Positions 29,537 to 38,453 of a stretch of 64,000 bases of DNA are shown piece after piece. Each line of letters begins with the position of its first letter. The stretch's first letter is position 1. The DNA comes from an uncultured virus (IMG/VR IMGVR_UViG_2667527431_000001) (taxonomy: Duplodnaviria > Heunggongvirae > Uroviricota > Caudoviricetes), in the IMG/VR virus record IMGVR_UViG_2667527431_000001. One strand, written 5' to 3'. The notes under the pieces were generated by a model, which did no database searches, was not told the DNA's origin, and worked only from the letters and a program-made list of their open reading frames with translations. Position numbers and translations under genes: made by a program.

Positions 29537-30836
29537 GTTTTGAAACCTCGCCTATGGTTGTTTTCTGAATAGCGCTGCAAGCCTCACCGTTAGCGGCTTC
29601 CAGCGTATTACCGGATTCTCCGAATCTAACGCCTGTCTGCCCGTGGATCAGGCTGAAACCCTTCTCGTCTAGATGGGCATGCCACTTCTCCAGCGCGTCA
29701 CGCTTGCGGTTCATCACGTCCGATTGGATGTACACCTTCACGTTGTGGCCCATCGCGTGGTTGATCAGCAGCTCACCGATCAGGTGGTCGATGCCGAGGA
29801 CTGCCCAGCCAGTACGAGCCAACTTGCGCAAGTCATGGCTGGTCCACTCGCCCTTGCCCAACCGGGTGAACACGGCACTGGCCTGCCCTTCGCTCAACGC
29901 CTTGCCATTGCGCGCAGGGAACAGGTACTGGCCGTCATAGCCGCGGGCGGTTTGGGTGTCGCGGTACTGGATCAACAGAGCCCGTACCTGGTCGGTCAGT
30001 GGCAGGTGATGCTCCACGCCGGTCTTAGTGTGCTCGGCCGGAATGAACCACTCGCGTTCGGCCAGACTGATATGCGGCCAGCGCGCTTGCCGGGTCTCCC
30101 CTATTCGCGTGCCGTGACAAAGCATCATCAGGGCCAGCATGGCGTCAGCCGGTTCGCTGTCCATGACCTGCTCCAGCTCGGCCAGCAGATCCTGCAGTTG
30201 CACACCACGCAGCCGAGACGGCTTGATCCCGACCTTGGCTTTGGAGAAGTCGCTGAACTTGATGGCAGTCATCGGGTTGGACGTGATCAGCCCCAGCTTC
30301 AACGCCTGCCGGAATGCCAGGGCCAGTAACTGGAACGCCAGACGCACGTAGTCGATGGAAAGTGCTTCCTGCAGGGGCCACATGAACAGGGTATCGAGAG
30401 TGGCCTTGTTGACCTCCACCAGTGGCAAGTCACCCAGGCGCGGCAGCAGGTGGCACTTCATGGCCGAGGCGCCGGTGTTCTTGCGCTTGGCCGACAGGCT
30501 GCGATCACGGGCCATGCGATCGGCGTACCAGGTGAGCAATTCTCCCGTGGTGACCCACTGGGAAATGGTCGAGCCCGCATCAGCCGACACACGCAGCCGA
30601 ACGGCCGGCAGTTCAGCCAACACCTGCTTGGCGCTCAAATCCGGGAACGCGCCGATGCGATGCCAACGGCGTTTGTTGAGCAAGTACCATGAGCCACGGG
30701 TGCGATTTTTGGAGAAGCGAAAGTGCAACGCCGGGTGACCGGCATCGCGCAGGTCGCGCACATGCTCAAGCTTTGCATTGCGGCCAATCTCGGCGTCGGA
30801 CAGCTTCACGGTCAGGGTTTTGATTTTGGTGTTCAT
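29508..30836 (-). CDS. Tyrosine recombinase (second, internal)
   Basis: GTRIGE, TKTG, HDLR, NH and Y catalytic set. Confidence 0.9.
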   Translation of the reverse strand: MNTKIKTLTVKLSDAEIGRNAKLEHVRDLRDAGHPALHFRFSKNRTRGSWYLLNKRRWHRIGAFPDLSAKQVLAELPAVRLRVSADAGSTISQWVTTGELLTWYADRMARDRSLSAKRKNTGASAMKCHLLPRLGDLPLVEVNKATLDTLFMWPLQEALSIDYVRLAFQLLALAFRQALKLGLITSNPMTAIKFSDFSKAKVGIKPSRLRGVQLQDLLAELEQVMDSEPADAMLALMMLCHGTRIGETRQARWPHISLAEREWFIPAEHTKTGVEHHLPLTDQVRALLIQYRDTQTARGYDGQYLFPARNGKALSEGQASAVFTRLGKGEWTSHDLRKLARTGWAVLGIDHLIGELLINHAMGHNVKVYIQSDVMNRKRDALEKWHAHLDEKGFSLIHGQTGVRFGESGNTLEAANGEACSAIQKTTIGEVSKHAERAGAWL

Positions 30837-31042
30837 CGCCCCGCTCCCACAGGTGATTGCAGGTCCACCACTTCAAAGGTACTGGGCCACATCAGCCCGC
30901 CAAAGTGCTTTGCCGCGCTTTCGTGCTCAAAAAGGGCCACGGCCCGGTCGGGTTTGTGGCTCAAGTCGAGCTTGTACGAACAGCAATGAACGGCCCAGCG
31001 ATAGGCGCTCGGTTCAACCGGGGCCAGATGAGGGTTAGGCAT
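30833..31042 (-). CDS. Hypothetical protein (69 aa)
   Basis: Translationally coupled between P and the recombinase. Confidence 0.65.
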   Translation of the reverse strand: MPNPHLAPVEPSAYRWAVHCCSYKLDLSHKPDRAVALFEHESAAKHFGGLMWPSTFEVVDLQSPVGAGR

Positions 31043-31730
31043 GTGCAGCACCTCCCGAACGCATGGCCCGCAGCGCCGCCAGCGCCTTGTTGCCCACTTC
31101 AGGCGCGCTGCGTTCAATGGCCCGTGGCGGCAATGCCAGCGGCATTTTCTGCAACGGCAGGCCCGCCAGAATGCGGCGCACCGTGATCGTGTAATTGCGC
31201 TCAAACAGCTTGATGCTCAGGTCATGGGACAGCCGGTTGAGGTTTTCAAAACCGCACTCTTTGGCCGTATGCCACACCGCATCGTGAGACCACTTAGCCT
31301 GGCCGGCCATCGACGGATGCGCGTTACGGCAAGCCTCGCGGTGTGCCGTAGCCAACCTCGGCAGGCCAAGCATTTCCGCTGTAGGCGTACACCAACCGAT
31401 AAACACGCCCACGTTCGGCACAAAGTCCTTGGCGGCTTGGCGCGCCTGCATCAGGCCGAAGCGCAGTTGCTCAGTGCTGCAGATCCCTGCTTCGAGAAAA
31501 CCGCGCATCCACTGCTGCTTGGCGGCTTTGTAGGTCGCCATATCCGGCCAAGCCTGCTTCCATGCCGGGAAGATCGATCGCAGTTCGCGGAATAGCCCGT
31601 TGATGACCTTGGCCGTGGCCTGGGACAGCTCGGCGGCGGGCTGGATGTTTTCGCTTTCACCGGCAGCGATAAATTGGCCGGTCTGCACCTTGGCCCACAG
31701 GCCGGTGGCGATTACTGAAACTTGGTTCAC
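31035..31730 (-). CDS. Replication protein P-like helicase loader
   Basis: IFPAWKQ, FVPNVGVFIGWC motifs; follows initiator gene. Confidence 0.85.
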   Translation of the reverse strand: MNQVSVIATGLWAKVQTGQFIAAGESENIQPAAELSQATAKVINGLFRELRSIFPAWKQAWPDMATYKAAKQQWMRGFLEAGICSTEQLRFGLMQARQAAKDFVPNVGVFIGWCTPTAEMLGLPRLATAHREACRNAHPSMAGQAKWSHDAVWHTAKECGFENLNRLSHDLSIKLFERNYTITVRRILAGLPLQKMPLALPPRAIERSAPEVGNKALAALRAMRSGGAAHA

Positions 31731-32524
31731 TTGGCACCTCCATTGATCCAACTGGTGTCTTCATCGTCATACCCGGGCGCCCCGGTCTGAACCACAGCAC
31801 CGGCGGTCTTCACCCGCTCACGCTTGATCCAGGTAACCAGCCGGAAACACCAGCCCGCCGCGCTATCGACAGTTGAAGGCTTGGCAACGTGAAAGCCCTT
31901 GAAGCCTGAAATGACTTCATCGGTCAGCGAGTCAGATGGCAGACCAGCGATGGCAAGCTGATCGGCTAATGCCTTCGTCGCAGGCTCCCACTGAGCGAAC
32001 ATGGCAAAGCGTTGGCGATCATCGGCAGCGAGTGTTTGCTGATCCTGCTCGGCTATCACAGCATCCAAGTCGCGCTGCTGCTCTTTGGTTACTTGATGGT
32101 TAAGTGGTGGTTTGGGTGCAGAATCTGCACCCCGCTCTGTCGAAATCTGCACCCCGTTGTGTTGTAGGTTGCACCCCGGTACGTCGAAATCTGCACCCCG
32201 CTTTAAGCGGGGTGCAGCATTTGCACCCCGTAAAAGCTGAAGGTCGTACACAACCGGACGGCGGTCGTGCTGATCGATATAAACCGCAGCAAGTGCCTGG
32301 TTCCCGCGAACGATCCAACCGGCCTCACGCAAGAGGTCGAGTTTGTAACGAACAGTTCGCTCGGAAAGACCGGTGTCTTCGCTCAGGCGGTTTACAGAAG
32401 GGAATGTGCCGCGACCATCTGCACTTGCGTAGTTGGCCAAACACAGCAGGACGTGACGCGCACTTGAATCGGACAGTTCCGTTTTGGCGATTTGAAGCGC
32501 CCAGGACATTGCTTGAACGCTCAC
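31727..32524 (-). CDS. Replication initiator O-like (HTH plus DnaT-like domain)
   Basis: VLLCLANYA, FPSV, GLSERTV motifs; internal iterons. Confidence 0.85.
   Translation of the reverse strand: MSVQAMSWALQIAKTELSDSSARHVLLCLANYASADGRGTFPSVNRLSEDTGLSERTVRYKLDLLREAGWIVRGNQALAAVYIDQHDRRPVVYDLQLLRGANAAPRLKRGADFDVPGCNLQHNGVQISTERGADSAPKPPLNHQVTKEQQRDLDAVIAEQDQQTLAADDRQRFAMFAQWEPATKALADQLAIAGLPSDSLTDEVISGFKGFHVAKPSTVDSAAGWCFRLVTWIKRERVKTAGAVVQTGAPGYDDEDTSWINGGAK
32114..32230. repeat. Replication origin iterons TGCACCCCG
   Basis: Copies at 32126, 32148, 32170, 32192, 32222 and inverted at 32208. Confidence 0.85.
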
Positions 32525-32704
32525 TGAATAACTCCACATGGCTTTTCAGACGAGGCATGAGCCTCCTCGTTTGATACCTCCACTGAACGCATGCGAACGT
32601 CAGCGGCATTGCGCGAAAACCGGATAATGCTCATAATCAATCTCGTAAATTGTTGTGAAGAAGCCGGTCTAGCCACCGGCTTTTTTTTGCCTGAAATCTG
32701 GTAA

Positions 32705-32720
32705 CTGGATGGATTAACAG
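32705..32720. promoter_or_regulatory. Putative LexA box
   Basis: CTGGATGGATTAACAG fits CTG-N10-CAG; between cro and replication genes. Confidence 0.6.
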
Positions 32721-32763
32721 CTAATCCGAGGTGCTATTTCCGGGCTGGAAACAAGCGGATAAT

Positions 32764-33000
32764 TCACTCACTCGATGCTTCAAGTGCTTCCAGGGGATAG
32801 AGGTCTGGCCGCAACTGGTGTCGAGTCACTTCCCCCTTCACGGCCTTCTCAAATGGGATGACGAGGTCAGCAGGAACCCGCTGGTTACGGTTGATGCACT
32901 GCCAGATACGCGGCTGACTCGTGTTGCAGCGGCGAGCCAACTCAGCCTGCCCTCCTGCGAGTCGAACCACCTGGTCTATGGGTCTTTCTTTGCCTGGCAT
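32764..33000 (-). CDS. cro: Cro-like (YdaS family) repressor
   Basis: AGGQAELARRC...LRPDLY; divergent from cI. Confidence 0.88.
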   Translation of the reverse strand: MPGKERPIDQVVRLAGGQAELARRCNTSQPRIWQCINRNQRVPADLVIPFEKAVKGEVTRHQLRPDLYPLEALEASSE

Positions 33001-33033
33001 GAATAAGTGCCTCAATGAATCGTGGCAAAAATG

Positions 33034-33093
33034 ATAACTCAAGTTATAAAAACAACCAACACATGTTATTTGAATGCCGATAACGTGTGTTTT
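33034..33093. promoter_or_regulatory. OR: three operators ATAAC-N4-GTTAT
   Basis: ATAACTCAAGTTAT 33034, CCAACACATGTTAT 33056, ATAACGTGTGTTTT 33080. Confidence 0.8.
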
Positions 33094-33105
33094 AACCTTC
33101 AGAAC

Positions 33106-33774
33106 ATGCGAACAAACAACGAAAGCCTTAAAGACCGTATTCACGCCAAGCGCGTTGAGCTCAATTTGAGCCAGCAGCAGCTCGCGGAAAGGGCGCATGT
33201 CAGCCAGGTAACGATCCAGCACTTGGAGAGCGGGCGTAATGCCACGTCCAAGCGACTGGTCGATATTGCCAAAGCATTGGGGGTGAGCGCCGAATGGCTC
33301 ACATCGGGAAAGGAAGCACCTCAACAATCTGATAGCGACTCCAGCAACCTGCGGATGATCGCTCAGCCAAACCAGATTTTTCGCTATCCAGTCATAAGCT
33401 GGGTCGCCGCAGGCGCCTGGGCTGAAGCCGTGGAAGCCTATCCGCCCGGCTTTGCAGACCGCTATGAAATGTCAGATTACGACTCGAAAGGTCCAGCCTT
33501 CTGGCTGGAGGTCAAGGGCGACTCCATGACCTCCCCGGTAGGAGTTAGCGTGCCTGAAGGCATGCTGATTTTGGTTGATACCGAAGCCGAGGTTCGGTCA
33601 GGAAAACTGGTTGTTGCCAAGCTGGCTGACAGCAATGAAGCAACATTCAAAAAGCTTGTTGAGGATGGTGGCAAGACCTATTTGAAGCCTCTAAACCCAG
33701 CCTATCCAATTGCAGTGTGCGCAGATGACTGCCGAATCATCGGAGTAGCAGTTCGCATGATGGGCAAGCTGTAA
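33106..33774 (+). CDS. cI: CI repressor (HTH plus S24 autopeptidase)
   Basis: XRE HTH, VAAG cleavage site, GDSM, TFKKL motifs. Confidence 0.95.
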   Translation: MRTNNESLKDRIHAKRVELNLSQQQLAERAHVSQVTIQHLESGRNATSKRLVDIAKALGVSAEWLTSGKEAPQQSDSDSSNLRMIAQPNQIFRYPVISWVAAGAWAEAVEAYPPGFADRYEMSDYDSKGPAFWLEVKGDSMTSPVGVSVPEGMLILVDTEAEVRSGKLVVAKLADSNEATFKKLVEDGGKTYLKPLNPAYPIAVCADDCRIIGVAVRMMGKL

Positions 33775-33811
33775 CCTCCCCCAACACAGCCCTGAGATTT
33801 TCTAAATCTTC

Positions 33812-33838
33812 AAAAAGCCGGCCCAGCGCCGGCTTTTT
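33812..33838 (+). terminator. Bidirectional terminator after cI
   Basis: AAAAAGCCGGC...GCCGGCTTTTT. Confidence 0.75.
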
Positions 33839-33930
33839 CATGCCCGCCAAAACACTGACAAGCCTTCTACTTTGGCCTTTTGGGCAATCTGCCATTGCTC
33901 GAACGGGGAGATTTCCTTAGAATCCGAAAG

Positions 33931-33946
33931 CTGTATATATATACAG
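33931..33946. promoter_or_regulatory. LexA (SOS) box
   Basis: CTGTATATATATACAG, a consensus match. Confidence 0.9.
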
Positions 33947-33964
33947 CTATTCAAGGAGATAGTT

Positions 33965-34213
33965 ATGGCTGCAAGCAGTTCCGTTACAGCAAAAACCATT
34001 GGTACTTACGAACTGATGGGGCTACGAATACAGAAAATAGTGAACTCCCACGCAGCGCAGAAAACACGTTGCGCAATCGTATCTAAAGGGGTGAATGAGC
34101 TGGACGAAGACTGGAGCCAGCTTCTCAGTGATCTTGAAGAAACAGACGGAGTGAAGGTTGCGCTGACCGAGACTGGCGCCGCGAAAATTACCTGGCAATC
34201 TCCCGACGAATAA
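33965..34213 (+). CDS. DUF1654-like protein, SOS-controlled
   Basis: YELMGLRIQKIVNS...DWSQLL...ITW; AGGAG RBS. Confidence 0.75.
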   Translation: MAASSSVTAKTIGTYELMGLRIQKIVNSHAAQKTRCAIVSKGVNELDEDWSQLLSDLEETDGVKVALTETGAAKITWQSPDE

Positions 34214-34271
34214 TCCTCCCCCTGCAAAGAGCCCGCTAGCTGCGGGTTTTTTTGTGCCCCTCACAAAAAAT

Positions 34272-34333
34272 ATAACCTAGGTTATTGACACAATTAAAAC
34301 TCAGGTTATCATTCGGCCCATAACTTGAGTTAT
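34272..34333 (+). promoter_or_regulatory. OL: three operators with PL promoter
   Basis: ATAACCTAGGTTAT 34272, AAAACTCAGGTTAT 34296, ATAACTTGAGTTAT 34320; TTGACA 34285 and TATCAT 34307. Confidence 0.82.
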
Positions 34334-34555
34334 AAGCCAGTACCGAACAGCTCAAGCGAAACCTCAGGGGCAACCTTGGCGCTCTTTAAAAATCTGCAGA
34401 CACTCCCTGACGCCATACGGCTTCGAGCTCAGGGACCAACACCTGACAAGGCATCGCTTACGCCACAGTTATTCGGCGTTCAAGCTTGCCAACGGACACT
34501 TTCACTGCTGCACCTGGCTTGCCGGGTGCATCGGGAAAACAACCGGGAAGACATC

Positions 34556-34939
34556 ATGGAATCGACAATCGTAGACGGTGCATGGAAAGGCCACCTCGGC
34601 CGAGGCCTTGCGCCGCGGGAACTGCAATTCGTGCTTTCAGTTGCACAAGGACTGACCGCCAAAGAGATCGCCAGAGCGTTCGGTATTGCACCGGGAACAG
34701 TAGTCAAACGACTGGCCTGCGCCATGTACAAGCTCGGCGTTCACCGTCAGGGTGCAATGGTTGCCGAAGCGATGCGCCGGCAGATCATCACCCCGCTCTG
34801 CTTGTTACTGGCTGGCCTGATAGCAATGCATGCAGCTACGGATAGTCAAATGTCACGCCGCGACCGCCGCCCCTCAGAACGCCGCTTTGCGGAAATGCGT
34901 CTGGTACGACGCGCCGAAGCGCTTGAGCTGACCGTATAA
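34556..34939 (+). CDS. LuxR-type HTH protein
   Basis: LAPRE...GLTAKEIA...TV...KLGV. Confidence 0.85.
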   Translation: MESTIVDGAWKGHLGRGLAPRELQFVLSVAQGLTAKEIARAFGIAPGTVVKRLACAMYKLGVHRQGAMVAEAMRRQIITPLCLLLAGLIAMHAATDSQMSRRDRRPSERRFAEMRLVRRAEALELTV

Positions 34940-35243
34940 CCCGAATCAACCAGCGCCACGACAGCCTGTCGCTAACTGCCCGAGCCCCTGGTACACCCCA
35001 GCATCAGGTCGTATCGGTCTGATCTTCGGCATTATCCCGCCTGAGTACAGACCAATGCGGACGCCAACCCAGCAGACGCTGGACACCTGCATTACCCCTG
35101 CCCTGCTGACCATTAACACGGAGGACTCCGCCATGCACAAGTAAACAAAGACGGGCACGCCCGCACAGCCAGGCTCTTACATACGGTGGCGTTTTAAGAG
35201 TGCAGCACAGCCCGGTTTCGACTGGGCTTTTTAATACCTGCGT

Positions 35244-35309
35244 TTATTCGTCAGCACTCCATTGCGCGCCCATCAGCAAACAGCGCGATGGTTGAGTGCT
35301 GACGAATAA
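35244..35309 (+). other. Long stem-loop with 16-bp perfect arms
   Basis: TTATTCGTCAGCACTC / GAGTGCTGACGAATAA plus an inner stem. Confidence 0.75.
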
Positions 35310-35333
35310 CCGTAACCCTGTCGAGGATCGACC

Positions 35334-35681
35334 ATGCACCAATCAATCGCCCAGCGCATCACCGTTCTCGACGGGTTGCGCGCACGTGCCCACCAGGCCA
35401 CGGCCGAGTTCTACCAAAAGCCCGGTGTACAACCTCCGCCACTCGCACCGCTGATCATCGTGCGCCCAAGCGGCAACAACACCTTCTCGCTGATCAATCG
35501 GGCTACTGGCGTGGTCGTAGCCGAGCGCTTCGGCCACAACAATGCAACTGCTCATGCTCATGAGCTGGAGGCAAAAGAAGCGCAGTTCAACGTTAAGCAG
35601 TTCGGAAAATTTCTGAGCAGTTGGACTTTGCGCTTTGGCATCACGCTGACCGTGTTCGCCTTCTTCGGTAGTCACATGTGA
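35334..35681 (+). CDS. Hypothetical protein with C-terminal TM
   Basis: GAGGA RBS, 115 aa. Confidence 0.65.
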   Translation: MHQSIAQRITVLDGLRARAHQATAEFYQKPGVQPPPLAPLIIVRPSGNNTFSLINRATGVVVAERFGHNNATAHAHELEAKEAQFNVKQFGKFLSSWTLRFGITLTVFAFFGSHM

Positions 35682-35772
35682 AACGCGTCAACGCATCCGC
35701 ACAACGACGCCTTCGCCAGTCCCAACACCACTTGCCGCCAAGCGGACTCCAAGCCAGACCGGAGCAACAGCC

Positions 35773-36120
35773 ATGTCCAAACCTACCGATACCGCGCAGT
35801 TTCTCGAAGACCTCAATGGCGGTGCTTTCATCAGCCAAATCGGCCATGCACTCTCAGAAGTAGCTGCGGGCGTAGTGGACCACGGTAAAGCCGGGAAGCT
35901 GGTGATTACCCTCGACTTCACCCAGATCGGCGAGTCCAGCCAGGTAAAGATCAATCACAAGTTGGATTACAAGGTTCCCACAAAGCGTGGAACTCGCAGC
36001 GAAAACACCCGCCTCGATACCCCTATGCATGTCGGTACCGGCGGCAGCATCACCATGTTTCCTGAAAAGCACGACCAGCTTTTCAGCCGAGAAGAAGCCC
36101 CAATCACCCCGCGCACTTAA
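35773..36120 (+). CDS. YfdP-like phage protein
   Basis: FLEDLNGG, DTPMHV motifs, paired with a DUF2303 gene. Confidence 0.75.
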   Translation: MSKPTDTAQFLEDLNGGAFISQIGHALSEVAAGVVDHGKAGKLVITLDFTQIGESSQVKINHKLDYKVPTKRGTRSENTRLDTPMHVGTGGSITMFPEKHDQLFSREEAPITPRT

Positions 36121-36145
36121 ACCCGCTCTCACAGGTACTTGAACC

Positions 36146-36958
36146 ATGTCCCTAAGCCAAGAAGCAATTCAACTAATCACCGACACAGCCCTTTTGGCTG
36201 CTGGCAAAACTCTATCGACCTATTCGCCAACGGCCGTCCTGCCTGAAGGCGTGAAAGTGGTTGATCTGGAAAAGTACCACATGGGCCGCAGCCGCTTCCG
36301 TGGTGTGCTTTCCACTAACTCCCTGATTGATTTCAGTACCTACGTCAAAGAACGCGCTATTGAAGGCTCGCGCGGCTTTATCGATCAGGACGACATGACC
36401 TGCACACTGATCTTCAACCTGGGCACCAACATTGCGCCCGGGCATGCAGATGATCGCGCAGTTCTGCGTCTCAAGCCGTCAGCAGGTTACAAGGCTGTCC
36501 AAGGCATCCCCGGGCGCGCGCTGTCGCAGAAAGACCTAAGCGATTGGATCGAAGACTGGAATGCCTCGTTGAACGCCACTGACGAAGCCGGCCAGACGAT
36601 GAGCATCGCCAAGGCCATTGCAGCGGTGCGAACCATCACCATCAAAGCCTCATCGGAAAGCGATCACGCTGTCAGCGAAACCCGTACCAGTCGCAGCGCC
36701 ATGGACCAGATCGAAGCCACCAGCAAAGAGACCCTGCCCGCATCATTGGTGTTCTCGGTAGTGCCTTACGAAGGCTTGAGCGTGCGCAACATCACTTTGC
36801 GCTTATCCGTCATCACCAGCGGCGCCCAGCCAATGCTGAAACTGCGCTGGATCGGCGAAGAAGTTCAGCGAGAAGAAATCGCTCAAGAATTCAAGTCAGT
36901 GCTCGATGCGCAGATTGGGGCAGCGACTCCGCTTACGCTCGGCACTTTCGCCGCCTAA
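36146..36958 (+). CDS. YfdQ/DUF2303 family protein
   Basis: RSRFRG, FNLG, PGHAD, PYEGL motifs. Confidence 0.82.
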   Translation: MSLSQEAIQLITDTALLAAGKTLSTYSPTAVLPEGVKVVDLEKYHMGRSRFRGVLSTNSLIDFSTYVKERAIEGSRGFIDQDDMTCTLIFNLGTNIAPGHADDRAVLRLKPSAGYKAVQGIPGRALSQKDLSDWIEDWNASLNATDEAGQTMSIAKAIAAVRTITIKASSESDHAVSETRTSRSAMDQIEATSKETLPASLVFSVVPYEGLSVRNITLRLSVITSGAQPMLKLRWIGEEVQREEIAQEFKSVLDAQIGAATPLTLGTFAA

Positions 36959-36986
36959 ATAACCAGATTCATAGAGGTATTCCGAA

Positions 36987-37266
36987 ATGAATCCCGAAGT
37001 GATCACTCTCAGAGCAAAGACACGATAATCAAGATCCCCGCGCCTTGCAGGAAATGCTTAGCGTGGCAAGCGTTCGCCCAAGTGATGCCACCCGCGGTCA
37101 ATGTGAGATTGACCTCTTCGAACTCGGGCTCAAGTAGGGCTCTAGTTGGCTGGGTCAATACAGATTCAACGACTGCCGGGAAGAAGCGCACACCGATGCT
37201 CATCCCATAGCCAAAAAAATCCGGACTTCCTTCAGCAACCAGTACAAGCAACCGGTGATTGGCTAA
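36987..37266 (+). pseudogene. Possible degraded early gene
   Basis: GAGGT RBS and ATG, then an apparent frameshift and a TAG in a protein-like frame. Confidence 0.3.
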
Positions 37267-37364
37267 GAGGTGCTGCACTTCAGCGGTGGGGAGCTAGTTA
37301 GCGGAAACCGTGCGCAGACTGATAACGGGGCGTGCGCCCGCATGTACTTCGCAATGACACAGAT

Positions 37365-38408
37365 CTAATCCTGATCAGGGCCGGACGCAGGAGGAAGGGG
37401 GGCTCCTGGTCTCCACATCCTGCTGCGCGGCTCCCCCACTTTTGTTGAGAGCTCAACGAAATATTTAGCTACGCGCATATCATCTTCATCAGAGCCTGGC
37501 CATAACATTGGTATCGACGAATTACTTGAGCGTTCGCAAAAAGCAATATGAGAAAGAAGTAAAAATACTCTTATAAAATTGGCGGGCGATGCAAAATCAT
37601 TTTTTAACAGGTGAAGAATCAGATGCCTATTAAAACCATCTGACGCATCACGGCTACGACGATACAATACCTTTTTAAAAAAAATTCTGAATGCATTCAT
37701 TACATCGCATTGGGGATTTGCATGCGTTAAGAAATCTAAACGAACCTCATTAGAGCCAAATGACCCAGGATAAATTGAAATGTCACTTGCTTCACGCTCA
37801 CCATGCTTAACAATCATATCGCCTAGCCTGGCAACAAAATCTTCACTCTTGATATTTGCGTCAGTGTGACTCAGTACGATTTCTTGGACATTCCTTAATC
37901 CACCCTCTACAACCGGCAATAAAGCCATTACAGCCACATGATCGAGCTCCATATAATAAGCTTCAAGACTTTCATAGATAATCTGAATATAAGGACGCAA
38001 GGACTGGCTATTTTCGAAATATTTTAGTACGTAAGTAGATGCCACTGCCGGGGTAAAAAGATCTATCAACCATTTGTCAGCATCCTTGTTATCCGAACTA
38101 GAGACCTCATGTATTTGATTGATGAGATCGCCAAGCCCCAAAAACAAAGGAATCGGTATATTTTTCTGGATAGCCCTTTCTTGACAAGTAGTAACTCGCA
38201 CACGCCGAGAGTTCATGTAAGAAACGCTGCGCTCGGAAAGAAAAGCTTTTGCCCCCAAGCTGTCGACAACAAAACCGTCAACTTGGCCATATGAGAATGG
38301 GCTGAGCTGAAAGTCCAGCCCTTTCCGCAACAGACTGGATTCTATTATCTCTTCATTTAAATATTCTTGCTTATAAAGCCAACTCAACACGTCCTTTAGC
38401 ATGCCCAA
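37365..38408 (-). CDS. AT-rich hypothetical protein with HEPN-like motif
   Basis: LLPVVEGGL and FNRHLILH (RxxxxH). Confidence 0.7.
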   Translation of the reverse strand: MGMLKDVLSWLYKQEYLNEEIIESSLLRKGLDFQLSPFSYGQVDGFVVDSLGAKAFLSERSVSYMNSRRVRVTTCQERAIQKNIPIPLFLGLGDLINQIHEVSSSDNKDADKWLIDLFTPAVASTYVLKYFENSQSLRPYIQIIYESLEAYYMELDHVAVMALLPVVEGGLRNVQEIVLSHTDANIKSEDFVARLGDMIVKHGEREASDISIYPGSFGSNEVRLDFLTHANPQCDVMNAFRIFFKKVLYRRSRDASDGFNRHLILHLLKNDFASPANFIRVFLLLSHIAFCERSSNSSIPMLWPGSDEDDMRVAKYFVELSTKVGEPRSRMWRPGAPLPPASGPDQD

Positions 38409-38453
38409 TCTCCACGTTATGGCCAGTAAACCTACATTACCAATACCCTACAC

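Noticed and set aside
32114..32230. CRISPR-like array
   Set aside because: Repeats are only 9 bp with 13-bp gaps inside a rep gene and there are no cas genes; these are iterons
37009..37278. 89-aa minus-strand ORF
   Set aside because: Weak start and no motifs; more likely antisense to a decayed plus-strand gene
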